This document shows, one piece after another, positions 1 through 10,389 of a stretch of DNA of 64,000 bases. The notes beneath the pieces are model-generated. The model was not told where the DNA came from. It did not search any database and saw only the letters and a list, made by a program, of their open reading frames with translations. This DNA is from an uncultured Sphingomonas sp. Lineage in GTDB: Bacteria > Pseudomonadota > Alphaproteobacteria > Sphingomonadales > Sphingomonadaceae. The position numbers and the translations under genes are program-made. Where the stretch lies: contig CAJYLT010000042.1 of assembly GCA_913775795.1 (NCBI GenBank), forward strand, positions 8,669 through 72,668, in the 5' to 3' direction. The stretch's first letter is position 1, and every line of letters begins with the position of its first letter.

Positions 1-561
<561 letters not shown>

Positions 562-593
562 GCGATCGGTTTCAATTCGAGCGGGGGCGGCAA

Positions 594-1229
594 ATGGCGG
601 ATGTAGCGATTGACGGTTATCAGTATGAAAGTGGCGAACTAAACCACTCCCACGACTATTTGCTCCCTGCGGTTGTGACTGCGGTGAAGCAGTGCGTGCC
701 AGATGGCTCGCGGCTATTCGACCTAGGCTGCGGCAACGGTTCCGTTGCCAAAGCGATGGTGGCGCGCGGCTATCGCGTGACCGGCGTCGATCCCTCCGCG
801 GATGGTATCAAGCAGGCAAATGAGCGACATCCCGAGCTGAATCTGCACGCGGGAAGCGCATATGATCCGCTGGTCGAGCGCTACGGCCGCTTTCCGCTGG
901 TCTACAGCCTCGAGGTCGTCGAGCATGTGTATGCGCCGCGAGACTATGCGCGAACCCTTGCCGACTTGGTAGAGCCGGGCGGTTACGCCGTAATCTCGAC
1001 CCCGTATCATGGATATTTGAAGAATCTCGCGCTCGCGGTGACGGGGGCGATGGATGCGCATTTCACGGCGTTGTGGGACCATGGGCATATCAAGTTCTGG
1101 TCCGTCCCGACACTGACCCGTCTTCTGGGCGAGGCGGGGCTCAAGGTCGAGGCAGTGAAGCGGGTCGGGCGTCTGCCCCCGCTTGCCAAGTCGATGGTGC
1201 TTATCGCCAGGAAACGTGATGCAGCATGA
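594..1229 (+). CDS. Class I SAM-dependent methyltransferase
   Basis: Motif [31 protein letters not shown]. Confidence 0.9.
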   Translation: MADVAIDGYQYESGELNHSHDYLLPAVVTAVKQCVPDGSRLFDLGCGNGSVAKAMVARGYRVTGVDPSADGIKQANERHPELNLHAGSAYDPLVERYGRFPLVYSLEVVEHVYAPRDYARTLADLVEPGGYAVISTPYHGYLKNLALAVTGAMDAHFTALWDHGHIKFWSVPTLTRLLGEAGLKVEAVKRVGRLPPLAKSMVLIARKRDAA

Positions 1230-2178
1230 TTTTCGTCTGGAAGGAAAGCGCGTCTTCGTTGCGGGGCATCGCGGGATGGTCGGGTCGGCGCTGGTGCGAC
1301 GCCTTGCCGCCGAGCAGTGCGAGGTCCTGACCGCGACGCGAACCGAGCTCGACCTCAAGGATCAGGCCGCGGTACGCGACTGGTTCGAGGCGGCGCGTCC
1401 CGATGCGGTGTTCCTTGCTGCAGCCAAGGTCGGCGGCATTCTGGCCAACGACACCTATCCGGCTGATTTCCTTTACGACAACCTGATGATCGAGGCGAAC
1501 GTCGTCGAGGCGGCGCACCGGGTCGGCGTCGGCAAGCTGATGTTCCTCGGTTCGTCGTGCATTTATCCGAAGTTCGCGGCCCAGCCGATCACCGAGGATG
1601 CGCTGCTCACCGGGCCGCTGGAGCCGACCAACGAATGGTACGCGATTGCCAAGATCGCCGGGATCAAGCTCGTGCAGGCCTATCGCCGGCAGCACGGCCA
1701 CGACTGGATTTCGGCGATGCCGACCAACCTCTACGGGCCGGGCGACAATTTCGACCTGAAGGGTAGCCACGTTCTGCCCGCGCTGCTGCGCAAGGCGCAT
1801 GCCGCACGCGAAGAGGGTGCCGATTCGATCACGATCTGGGGCACGGGCAGCCCGCGGCGCGAATTCCTGCACGTCGACGACCTGGCCGATGCCTGCGTCT
1901 TCCTCATGCAGCATTATTCGGACGACGAGCACGTCAATGTCGGCTCCGGCAGCGACCTGACGATCTACGAGCTGGCGCAACTCGTGGCTCGTACCGTGGG
2001 CTTCTCGGGCGAAATCGTCCGTGACGAGACCAAGCCGGACGGGACGCCGCGTAAGCTCATGAGCGCGGACAAGCTGCGCGCGATGGGCTGGACGCCGCGC
2101 ATCGGCCTCGAGGAGGGGGTGGCGTCGACCTATCGCTGGTTTCTCGACCACCATGACGAAGCGCGGCTGACGGTATGA
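1219..2178 (+). CDS. fcl: GDP-L-fucose synthase
   Basis: [54 protein letters not shown]; start moved to ATG 1219 (MQHDF). Confidence 0.97.
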   Translation: MQHDFRLEGKRVFVAGHRGMVGSALVRRLAAEQCEVLTATRTELDLKDQAAVRDWFEAARPDAVFLAAAKVGGILANDTYPADFLYDNLMIEANVVEAAHRVGVGKLMFLGSSCIYPKFAAQPITEDALLTGPLEPTNEWYAIAKIAGIKLVQAYRRQHGHDWISAMPTNLYGPGDNFDLKGSHVLPALLRKAHAAREEGADSITIWGTGSPRREFLHVDDLADACVFLMQHYSDDEHVNVGSGSDLTIYELAQLVARTVGFSGEIVRDETKPDGTPRKLMSADKLRAMGWTPRIGLEEGVASTYRWFLDHHDEARLTV

Positions 2179-2236
2179 TCCGGGCTGGTCAGGCGATCGC
2201 CGTGCTTCATGATATTCGCCGCCTGCTGGGCACGCG

Positions 2237-3667
2237 ATGATTGCGCTGCGTCAGCGGCGGGACGGACCGCTGGGCCGGGAGGGGCACCCGCCGGCAGCCA
2301 CCGTCATCGACACCCCGCGCGTGATCTGGATCGGTGCGATCGTCCTGCTGGCCGTGGCGGTCGTGCTTGGCGGCGGCGGATCGCCCGCGGCCGGGTTCGA
2401 GTTGCTGGTCGAACTGGCAGCGATTCTCGTGCTGGTGGTCGTGCTGTGGTCCAATCCGCGGCGGCCGGCCACCGACTGGTGGATCGCCTCGCCGCTGCTC
2501 GTGCTCGCGCTCTTGCCGGTTCTCCAGCTTCTGCCACTGCCACCGGGGCTATGGGGGCTGCTGCCCGGTCGCGCGGCGAGCGTTGCCGCGCTCGAGGTCG
2601 TCGGGGCGGCGGACGGCTGGCGACCGCTGTCGATCGTTCCGTCGCTGACCTTGGCATCCTCGCTCGCTTTCATCCCGCCGGCGGTGCTGTTCGTGCTGAC
2701 GATGTGGTCGGACGTGGCGGCGCGCCAGCGGCTGATCTATGCGCTTGGGGCACTTGTTCTCGTGTCGGTGGGTGTCGGGATGGTGCAGGTTGCCGCCGGC
2801 GAATCCGGGCTTCTGCGGCTCTACGATCAGGAACTGCCGCGCATCCTCAACGGCTTTCAGGCGAACCGCAATTCGCAGGCGGACGTGTTGGCGATCGGCC
2901 TGATCGTGCTCGCCGGGATCGCGAGCATGGTGTCGCTGCGGCGGCGGACCTATGCCGCGTTCCTGAGCGTCGCCGCGTTGGTGTTCGTGGTGGGCATGCT
3001 CGCCACGCAGTCGCGCTCGGGCGTGGCGCTGCTTGGCGTTTGCGCGGTCGCCGCCGTCATCGCGCTTCAGGGCCGCGTGCGCGGGTTCCTGCGCCGCCGG
3101 GGGCCGCGGCCCGCCGCCTTGATCGCCGGGGCGCTAGGGCTGCTGGTCGTCGGCGGCGTCGTGGTGATCGCGGTAAAGGACAACCCCGTCGTCCGTCAGG
3201 TGTTCGTCCGCCTGAGCGAGGCGGAAAGCGGGCGGCCCGAACTCTGGACCGATACGCGCTTCGTTATCGATCAATATTGGCCGACCGGCGCGGGTGTCGG
3301 CACGTTCGTGCCCGCGTTCCTGGCCGGCGAGCGGCTCGATCAGGTCGATCCGTCCGCCCCGAACCGTGCGCACAACGACTATCTCGAGTTCATCCTAGAG
3401 GCGGGCGTGCCGGGCTTGCTGGTGCTCGTCTGGCTGGTCGCGGCGGCGGGTTTGCGACTGGTTCGCCGCGTGCGCGCGATGCCCTTACCGGAGGAGCGGG
3501 CCCAACTCATTGTGGCGGGCGGAATCTTTGCGGTCGTCGCGCTGCACTCGCTTGTGGATTATCCGTTGCGCTCGATCTCGATCGCGTCGATTATGGCCGT
3601 GGGGGCCGGCTTGCTGACGCGAATGCCTCTTTTCGACAGCAACCCCGCCGGGGCGGAAAGCAATTGA
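2237..3667 (+). CDS. O-antigen ligase / Wzy_C family membrane protein
   Basis: Many hydrophobic segments; GFQANRN, TQSRSG, GAGVGTF and RAHNDYLE motifs. Confidence 0.88.
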   Translation: MIALRQRRDGPLGREGHPPAATVIDTPRVIWIGAIVLLAVAVVLGGGGSPAAGFELLVELAAILVLVVVLWSNPRRPATDWWIASPLLVLALLPVLQLLPLPPGLWGLLPGRAASVAALEVVGAADGWRPLSIVPSLTLASSLAFIPPAVLFVLTMWSDVAARQRLIYALGALVLVSVGVGMVQVAAGESGLLRLYDQELPRILNGFQANRNSQADVLAIGLIVLAGIASMVSLRRRTYAAFLSVAALVFVVGMLATQSRSGVALLGVCAVAAVIALQGRVRGFLRRRGPRPAALIAGALGLLVVGGVVVIAVKDNPVVRQVFVRLSEAESGRPELWTDTRFVIDQYWPTGAGVGTFVPAFLAGERLDQVDPSAPNRAHNDYLEFILEAGVPGLLVLVWLVAAAGLRLVRRVRAMPLPEERAQLIVAGGIFAVVALHSLVDYPLRSISIASIMAVGAGLLTRMPLFDSNPAGAESN

Positions 3668-3668
3668 C

Positions 3669-4349
3669 ATGCAGTACCTGAGCAAAAGCGTGGCCAGCCT
3701 TCTGGTGCTGGGTCTTTCAGCATGCGGATCGACGCGCTCCGACCTGCCCGCAGGCCCGGCAGCCTATGCGATCATGGCCCCGACCGAGGCGCAGAACGTC
3801 TACAGGATCGGCGCGCTCGACGTGCTGAACGTTACGGTGTTCCAGGAACCCGACCTGACGCTGAAGGAAACGCCCGTGGACGCCTCGGGCAATCTCATCA
3901 TCCCGCTGATCGGCGAGGTGCGCGCGCAAGGCCGTACCGCGGTCGAGCTGTCGCGGGAGATCGAGCGACTGCTCGCGCGCAACTACCTGGTGCGGCCACA
4001 GGTGTCGGTGGCAGTGGTTTCTTCGGTGTCGCAGCGGATCACGGTCGAGGGCAACGTGACCGATCCGGGCGTGTACGAGATTTCGGGCGGCACGACGCTG
4101 CTCCAGGCACTGGCGCGCGCCAAGAGCCCGACCCGCGTCGCCAAGCTCGACGAGGTGGTCGTGTTCCGCAACATCGACGGGCGCCGGGCGGGCGCGGTCT
4201 TCAATGTCGAGGACATTCGCGAAGGCCGTGCGGGCGATCCGCAACTTGTCGGCGGCGATACGGTCGTCGTCGGCTTCTCGGCGGTGAAGGGCGCTTTCCG
4301 CGACTTCCTGAGCGCAGCGCCGCTCGTCAACGCTTTCCGCTTCTTCTGA
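3669..4349 (+). CDS. wza: Wza-like polysaccharide export lipoprotein
   Basis: Lipobox LSAC; YRIGALDVLNVTVF..VDASGNLIIPLIGEV Poly_export domain; SLBB-like C-terminal part. Confidence 0.9.
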   Translation: MQYLSKSVASLLVLGLSACGSTRSDLPAGPAAYAIMAPTEAQNVYRIGALDVLNVTVFQEPDLTLKETPVDASGNLIIPLIGEVRAQGRTAVELSREIERLLARNYLVRPQVSVAVVSSVSQRITVEGNVTDPGVYEISGGTTLLQALARAKSPTRVAKLDEVVVFRNIDGRRAGAVFNVEDIREGRAGDPQLVGGDTVVVGFSAVKGAFRDFLSAAPLVNAFRFF

Positions 4350-4362
4350 TCGGCATGACGCG

Positions 4363-6573
4363 ATGAACGATATGTATCCGCTCCGCAGCAACGCGGCCCA
4401 GCCCGGCAACGGCGGAATGGCGCCCGGCGGGTTCGTGCTCGTCGATCAGGAAGAGGCGGGCGGCACCGGCTTCGACGTGACGCAGATCTTTGCGGCGCTT
4501 CGGCGGCATCTCGTCATGATCGCGGCGATCACGCTGTCGGCCGGGCTGCTCGGCCTGATCGTCACGCTGCTCATCACGCCGCAATATACCGCGACCGCGC
4601 GCGTCCAGGTCGAGCAGGAAAGCGCCCGCGTCATCGAATCGGCGGATGTCGAGCCCGCCGCTTCGTACCAGGATGCCGACCGCTTCCTGCGCACGCAGAC
4701 CGACATTCTCGAAAGCCGTGCGATCAGCATCCGCGTCGCGCAGGCGCTGCGCCTGTTCGGAAACCGCGCGTTCGTCGCGGCAATGCAGTCGAAGTCGACG
4801 CCTGCCGCACTGTCGGGCACGCCGCAGCAGCAGCGGGAGACGGTGCTGAAGCTGCTTCAGTCGAACCTGTCCGTCGAACTGCCGCGGCAGTCGCGCATCG
4901 TCAGCGTCAACTTCACCAGCCCCGACCCGGCATTGTCGGCACGGATCGCCAACGGCTATATCGACCAGTTCATCCTTGCGAACCTGCAGCGCAAGTATGA
5001 CAGCTCCTCCTATGCGCGAGACTTCCTGTCGAAGCAGCTGGGCGAGACGAAGGCGAAGCTCGAGGCGTCCGAGCGCGCCGTCAATCAATATGCCCGTCAG
5101 GCAGGGCTGATCCGGACGGCGGAACCGCGCGGCGACAACACCAACGGGGCGGCGCCGTCGACGTCGCTCACGACCGCATCGCTGACGCAGCTCAACACCG
5201 CCGCAAATCAGGCGCAGGCGGCCCGGATCGAGGCGGAGGAGAAATGGCGCTCGGTGGCCAACGCCCCGTTGCTCTCGATCCCCGAGGTCATCTCGAACAA
5301 CGCATTGCAGGAAGTGCTGCAGCAACGCTCGATCGCGACGGCCAATCTGAAGCTCGAGCGGGAGCGCCGCCTGCCGGAATATCCGACCGTCCTTCAGCTG
5401 ACGGCGCAGGTCGAATCGCTCGACACGCAGGTCAAGGCGATCGGCGAGAGCATCAAGCGCTCGATCTACGATCGCTACCGCGCGGCGCAGGCTCAGGAGG
5501 CCGCGCTCAACCAGCGCGTCGGCGCCTACAAGGCCAGCACGCTGTCCGAACAGGATCGCGGCGTCCAGTACAACATCCTCTCGCGTGAGGCGGACACCAA
5601 CCGCACGCTGTACGAGGGGCTGCTCCAGCGCTTCAAGGAACTGAGCGCCAGCGCGGGCATCGCGACCAACAACCTGTCGATCATTGACCGTGCCGAGCCG
5701 CCGACGGCGCCGTCGTCGCCGCGCATCTTCATCAACATCCTGATGGCGCTGGTCGGTGGCCTGGTGCTGGCGGTGGTCTTCGTCTTCCTGCGCGAGCAGA
5801 TCGACGACGCGATCCGCGTGCCGGAGGACAGCGAGCGCAAGCTCCAGCTGCCGCTGCTGGGCGTCGTGCCGAAACTCGGGTCGAACGCCGGCACGATGGT
5901 GCAGGAACTGACCGACGCCAAGTCGGGCGTGAGCGAGGCGTACAACGCGCTGCGAACCTCGCTCATCCATTCGACGCCGGACGGTCTGCCGCAGACGATC
6001 CTGATGACCAGCTCGCAGATGAGCGAGGGCAAGTCGACCAGCGCGTACGCGCTGGCCTGCGCGATGGCCCGGCTTCAGCGCAGGACGGTCCTGATCGATG
6101 TCGATCTGCGTCGTCCGTCGGTGCATCGCTATTTCGGCGACGAGAACACGAGCGGCACGTCGGACGTCCTCACGGCGGCGGCCGACCTCGAAACGGTCAT
6201 GCGTCCGACGCCGATCGACAATTTGAAGGTGGTCTTCAGCGGTCCGATCCCGCCCAATCCGTCCGAACTGCTTGGCAGCGTCCGGATGCGCGAACTGCTG
6301 AGCGAACTGCGCGGTGTTGCCGACGTCGTCATCCTCGACGGGCCGCCGACCTTGGGCCTGGCCGATGCGCCGCTGCTCGCCTCGCTGGCGGAGGGCACGG
6401 TGTTCGTGGTCGAGGCCAATCGCGGTCGGCGCGGCGGCATCCGTTCGGCGCTGCGTCGCCTTCGCTCGACCAACGGACGGATGCTCGGCACGCTGCTTAC
6501 CAAGTTCGATCCGAAGCAGGCGGGCTCGTCGTACAATTACTACGGCTACGAATATTACCGGTACGGCGAGTGA
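4363..6573 (+). CDS. wzc: Wzc/GumC polysaccharide co-polymerase with BY-kinase domain
   Basis: Two TM segments around a coiled coil; Walker A SEGKST, IDVDLRRP, ILDGPP; C-terminal Tyr cluster YNYYGYEYYRY. Confidence 0.95.
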   Translation: MNDMYPLRSNAAQPGNGGMAPGGFVLVDQEEAGGTGFDVTQIFAALRRHLVMIAAITLSAGLLGLIVTLLITPQYTATARVQVEQESARVIESADVEPAASYQDADRFLRTQTDILESRAISIRVAQALRLFGNRAFVAAMQSKSTPAALSGTPQQQRETVLKLLQSNLSVELPRQSRIVSVNFTSPDPALSARIANGYIDQFILANLQRKYDSSSYARDFLSKQLGETKAKLEASERAVNQYARQAGLIRTAEPRGDNTNGAAPSTSLTTASLTQLNTAANQAQAARIEAEEKWRSVANAPLLSIPEVISNNALQEVLQQRSIATANLKLERERRLPEYPTVLQLTAQVESLDTQVKAIGESIKRSIYDRYRAAQAQEAALNQRVGAYKASTLSEQDRGVQYNILSREADTNRTLYEGLLQRFKELSASAGIATNNLSIIDRAEPPTAPSSPRIFINILMALVGGLVLAVVFVFLREQIDDAIRVPEDSERKLQLPLLGVVPKLGSNAGTMVQELTDAKSGVSEAYNALRTSLIHSTPDGLPQTILMTSSQMSEGKSTSAYALACAMARLQRRTVLIDVDLRRPSVHRYFGDENTSGTSDVLTAAADLETVMRPTPIDNLKVVFSGPIPPNPSELLGSVRMRELLSELRGVADVVILDGPPTLGLADAPLLASLAEGTVFVVEANRGRRGGIRSALRRLRSTNGRMLGTLLTKFDPKQAGSSYNYYGYEYYRYGE

Positions 6574-7742
6574 GCGGCGGATCGGCAACGCTCCGCCGCG
6601 CCGCGCTGGTCGGCGCGGCGCTGATTGTCGCCGGGACCGCGGCAGGATCGGCATTCGATCGCCAGGCGCGGCGGGCCCCGCTGCCCGGCGACCTGCGCCC
6701 AGGGTTCGGATGGCTGACCGCTCAGGCGGATACGCAAGCATCGTTGAACCGCGATGATCCGGCGGCCGCGCTCAGTGATGCGAAGCGCCTCGTCCGGCGC
6801 GACCCGGCGGATGCCGAGGCGCTCGGCAAATTGGGAACCGCCGCGCTTGACGCGGGGGATGACGCGCTCGCCTATCGCGCCTTCGCCGTCTCCGGGACAC
6901 TCGGCTGGCGCGATGCATCGACGCAATTCTATTGGCTGGCCGCCGCGCTCGCGGGCGGGGCAATGCCGATCGCGGTCGACCGGGCCGATGCGTTGCTGCG
7001 CGTCGGAACGCCCGTTGCCGACCTGGACGAACAACTGACCCGGATCGAGGCGTCGGCGCAGGGGCGTACGCTTCTCGCGACGCGGCTGCGCGACGGCGTG
7101 CCATGGGCGACGGCCTATCTCCTGTCGATGGTCGGTGACGATAACCAGGTGCGTGCCGACCGGGCGGCGACGCTTGCGCGCGCTGGCGTGCCGAAGGGAC
7201 GCGACTGCACCGTCATCGGCTATCGCATCAGCGGGCTGGTCGGCGCGGAAGCGATCGACGCGGGCTACCGGCTGGGCCGCGCGGCGGGCTGCGTGGATGC
7301 CGTTTCGACGACCGGCCGGCTGGCGCTGCCTTTCGGGGGCGGGTTGGGCAACGTGTTCGACTGGAGCCTGGCGGGGGATGCGGACCTGGCCAGCGGTGTC
7401 GACGTGCCGCCCGGCGGGAAGAACAGCGATACGCTGTGGGTCGAATCGGCCGCCGGCATCGATATCGTCGCTGCGCAGCGCCTGCTCCTGCTTCAGCCCG
7501 GGCGTTACCGGATCACCGCCAGCGTTCGCGATGCAGAGGGCGCGCCTTCGCAAGGGGCCGACGCGAGGCTGGCCTGCGTGGGCGGCGCGGCTGGCGCCGC
7601 CACCGACCTGATCGATGCGGCGGGCACCTTTGCGATCCCGGCGCAGTCGTGCCAGGCGCAGATGCTGACGATACATGTGGCTGGCGGCCAGGCGAGCCGC
7701 CGACTATGGATCGGCGGCGTGACCGTACAGCGGCTCGGCTGA
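6570..7742 (+). CDS. Hypothetical exported protein, helical-repeat (TPR-like) N-terminus and beta-rich C-terminus
   Basis: GTGA overlap with the wzc stop; N-terminal hydrophobic segment; LQPGRYRI beta-sandwich-like segment. Confidence 0.65.
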   Translation: MSGGSATLRRAALVGAALIVAGTAAGSAFDRQARRAPLPGDLRPGFGWLTAQADTQASLNRDDPAAALSDAKRLVRRDPADAEALGKLGTAALDAGDDALAYRAFAVSGTLGWRDASTQFYWLAAALAGGAMPIAVDRADALLRVGTPVADLDEQLTRIEASAQGRTLLATRLRDGVPWATAYLLSMVGDDNQVRADRAATLARAGVPKGRDCTVIGYRISGLVGAEAIDAGYRLGRAAGCVDAVSTTGRLALPFGGGLGNVFDWSLAGDADLASGVDVPPGGKNSDTLWVESAAGIDIVAAQRLLLLQPGRYRITASVRDAEGAPSQGADARLACVGGAAGAATDLIDAAGTFAIPAQSCQAQMLTIHVAGGQASRRLWIGGVTVQRLG

Positions 7743-7781
7743 GCAGCGGTCCGCATCGAGACTGAGTAGGAGAGGCAGGGA

Positions 7782-8048
7782 ATGGAGCTGTATATCGTCG
7801 TCGGCGTGTTGGTGTTGACGTTCTGGTCCAGCCGTCTCTGGTTCGCCGTCCTCGGTTCGCGACTGTCACCGATGCTGACGATGCTGGCGGCGCATACCGC
7901 TTCGTTCGCGATACTGGCGCTCGCCATCGGACTCGGGCGCGCCTACTTCACCGCGTTCGCGACGAACGAGGTCCTGCCCTATGCCGTCGGCCAGCTCTTC
8001 TGGCTGGCGGTCGACGTTCAGCGCGCCCGGATGGCCGCGGCGCGCTGA
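7782..8048 (+). CDS. Small hypothetical membrane protein (about 3 TM)
   Basis: 88 aa, hydrophobic, purine-rich RBS upstream, fills an intergenic gap. Confidence 0.6.
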   Translation: MELYIVVGVLVLTFWSSRLWFAVLGSRLSPMLTMLAAHTASFAILALAIGLGRAYFTAFATNEVLPYAVGQLFWLAVDVQRARMAAAR

Positions 8049-8055
8049 TCGCCGT

Positions 8056-8685
8056 TCAGGGTATGAGGACGGATATCAGCCGATCGAACGGGCTGCCGCC
8101 GCCCTCATGCCTTTCCAACTCGATCTCGCTGACGAGGAAGCGGCGCAACGTGAAGCGAAGGCCGAGCGAGCGATACTCGATGACCTTTGCATCGCCGACG
8201 TAACGCTGCACATCGGGTGCGCCCAGCCGGTTCCATACCTTGTCCTCGCCGCTGCCCACCGACAGGCCGAGCGTCGAGGGGCAGGACAGGGCCGAGGTGC
8301 CGCGATCACGGCAGGTGATCCGCTCGATCAGGCCGCCCTCGTCGGAAAAGACGACTTCCACCCGGCCGCCGTCACGATCGTAGAACCAGCGCGTGGCGCT
8401 GTCCTGCGACACGCTGCGCCCCGCCGCATCGGCGACCTGCGCCGGCGCGCCAAGGAAGTAGCGCACGTCCGGGCGACCGATGTTGAGCGCAAGGTCGCTG
8501 TAGAAGCGCGAGGCCTGACGCACCGCATAGGCCTGCGACCCCACATAGGCGAGGCTGACCGCCGCCATCACCGCCAGCAGCCGGATGTCACCCGGCCCAC
8601 CGCCGAGCACGCGCTGCCACTTTCCCGTCGTGCGCCGCGAATGAGACCGCCTGCGCCGCCGCTCCGTGCCGGAAGGTTGCTGCAT
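8056..8685 (-). CDS. Hypothetical membrane-anchored protein with two SmpA/BamE-like repeats
   Basis: Arg-rich N-terminus, one TM, repeated V..(F/R)LGAP motif (DVRYFLGAP, KVWNRLGAP); start at ATG 8685 inferred. Confidence 0.6.
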   Translation of the reverse strand: MQQPSGTERRRRRSHSRRTTGKWQRVLGGGPGDIRLLAVMAAVSLAYVGSQAYAVRQASRFYSDLALNIGRPDVRYFLGAPAQVADAAGRSVSQDSATRWFYDRDGGRVEVVFSDEGGLIERITCRDRGTSALSCPSTLGLSVGSGEDKVWNRLGAPDVQRYVGDAKVIEYRSLGLRFTLRRFLVSEIELERHEGGGSPFDRLISVLIP

Positions 8686-8830
8686 ATCCGAAAAACGATC
8701 CTTTCGACGCGGATGCCAGGGACGCCGGCGCGATTGGCAACCGTCGTCCATATGGCTATGCGCGATTGGGGGCGGCATCGCAATTGGGTCATCGACATGA
8801 GTCGTGGCGCGCGGCGGACCGGGGGGTGAA

Positions 8831-9817
8831 ATGGTGGACCACGTGATCGCAAATCGCGAGCGAACCGGTGCGACCGCGGTCGATCCGGCCGTGCCCGACA
8901 TTGCGACCGTCATCCTGACCTTCAACGAAGCGATCCATATCGAGCGCGCGATCGAGAATGCGCGCAAGGTGTCGCGCGACGTCATCGTCATCGACAGCTT
9001 CTCGACCGACGGGACGGTCGAGATGGCGACGCGTGCAGGCGCGCGCGTGCTTCAGAACCGCTGGGTCAATTATGCCGAGCAGTTTCGCTGGGCGTTGGAG
9101 AACGGGGGGATCGACGCGGCCTGGACGCTGCGTCTCGATGCCGACGAACTGCTCGGCGACGACCTGATCGAGCGGATCCGCCGCGAACTTCCCGTACTGC
9201 CCGCCGACGTGACGGGGGTGATCTTCAATCGTCGCCATCTGTTCATGGGGCGGTGGATCCGGCATGGCGGCCGCTATCCGCTGCTTCTCCTGCGGCTTTG
9301 GCGCACGGGGCAGGGCGAGGTCGAGAACCGCTGGATGGACGAGCACGTCATCCTGCGCAGTGGTCGCACGGTACGCATGGACGGCGCCTTCAGCGATGCC
9401 AACGAGAACGACCTCACCTTCTTCACCGCCAAGCACAACGGCTATGCGACGAGAGAGGCGATTGACGTGCTCAACGGCCGCTATCGGCTGTTCGACGGAG
9501 TCGCGCCGCTCACCTCGGAAAACAGCGGCTGGCAGGCGCGGGCGAAACGCTGGACCAAGGAGCGCGTCTACAACCGCTTGCCGCTGGGGGTGGGGCCGCT
9601 CGCCTATTTCCTCCAGCGTTACACGGTCGGGCTCGGCTTCCTCGACGGCAAGGAGGGGCTGATCTATCATTTCCTACAGGGCTTCTGGTATCGCTTCCTC
9701 GTGGATGCCAAGGTGATGGAGCTCGAACGGCGGATCGCCGGCTGCCGCGACAATGCCGAGCGGCGGCGGGTGCTCGCCGCCGCTACCGGGCTGCGGATCG
9801 ACGCCGAGGCAGTTTGA
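8831..9817 (+). CDS. Glycosyltransferase family 2
   Basis: ILTFNEAIHIERAI, IDSFSTDGT, LRLDADE (DxD), GFLDGKEG. Confidence 0.93.
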   Translation: MVDHVIANRERTGATAVDPAVPDIATVILTFNEAIHIERAIENARKVSRDVIVIDSFSTDGTVEMATRAGARVLQNRWVNYAEQFRWALENGGIDAAWTLRLDADELLGDDLIERIRRELPVLPADVTGVIFNRRHLFMGRWIRHGGRYPLLLLRLWRTGQGEVENRWMDEHVILRSGRTVRMDGAFSDANENDLTFFTAKHNGYATREAIDVLNGRYRLFDGVAPLTSENSGWQARAKRWTKERVYNRLPLGVGPLAYFLQRYTVGLGFLDGKEGLIYHFLQGFWYRFLVDAKVMELERRIAGCRDNAERRRVLAAATGLRIDAEAV

Positions 9818-10389
9818 CGGACGCCGGACCCCTCGACGCAGCCAGCGCGAACAGCCGGCAGGGCGGCGCGAGCTTCCCGCTGTCGCTTCGTCTGCGCCGC
9901 ATGCTGTGGCAATTGACCTGGCTGCTCCTCGTGCGCTGGACGCCGCCGCCGCTGCGCGCTTGGCGGGCGGCGCTGCTGCGCTTGTTCGGGGGCGAGATCG
10001 GCGCTGGCGCCAACGTCTATGCCTCGGCACGGATCTGGTATCCGGCCAATCTGGTGCTGGGCGCCGGGGCAACGCTGGGGCCCCGGGTCCGCTGCTACAA
10101 TCAGGGGCGGATCACGATCGGCGAGCGCGCGATCGTGTCCCAGGACGCGTCGTTGTGCGCGAGCAGCCACGATCATCGCGATCCTCATTTTCAGTTGATC
10201 CTGCGTCCGATCGTCATCGGCGCCGATGCCTGGATCGCAGCGGAGGCGTTTGTGGGACCCGGCGCCGTCATCGGCGAAGGTGCCGTCGTCGGTGCCCGCG
10301 CCGCAGCGTTCGGCACGCTCGAGCCCTGGGCCGTGCATCTGGGCAACCCCGCGGTGCGCGTTGGCAGTCGCAGGCGGGTGGCGGCATGA
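9814..10389 (+). CDS. WcaF-like hexapeptide-repeat acetyltransferase
   Basis: LLRLFG.EIG, IWYPANL, IVIGADAWI, VIGEGAVVGA, GNPA left-handed beta-helix motifs. Confidence 0.88.
   Translation: MTDAGPLDAASANSRQGGASFPLSLRLRRMLWQLTWLLLVRWTPPPLRAWRAALLRLFGGEIGAGANVYASARIWYPANLVLGAGATLGPRVRCYNQGRITIGERAIVSQDASLCASSHDHRDPHFQLILRPIVIGADAWIAAEAFVGPGAVIGEGAVVGARAAAFGTLEPWAVHLGNPAVRVGSRRRVAA

Noticed and set aside
4327-6741. Long antisense or alternative-frame ORFs (804 aa here; also 20250-22385, 27651-29438, 46725-49205, 58248-59852)
   Set aside because: Shadow ORFs of well-supported genes in high-GC DNA; Arg/Ala/Gly-rich with no family motifs
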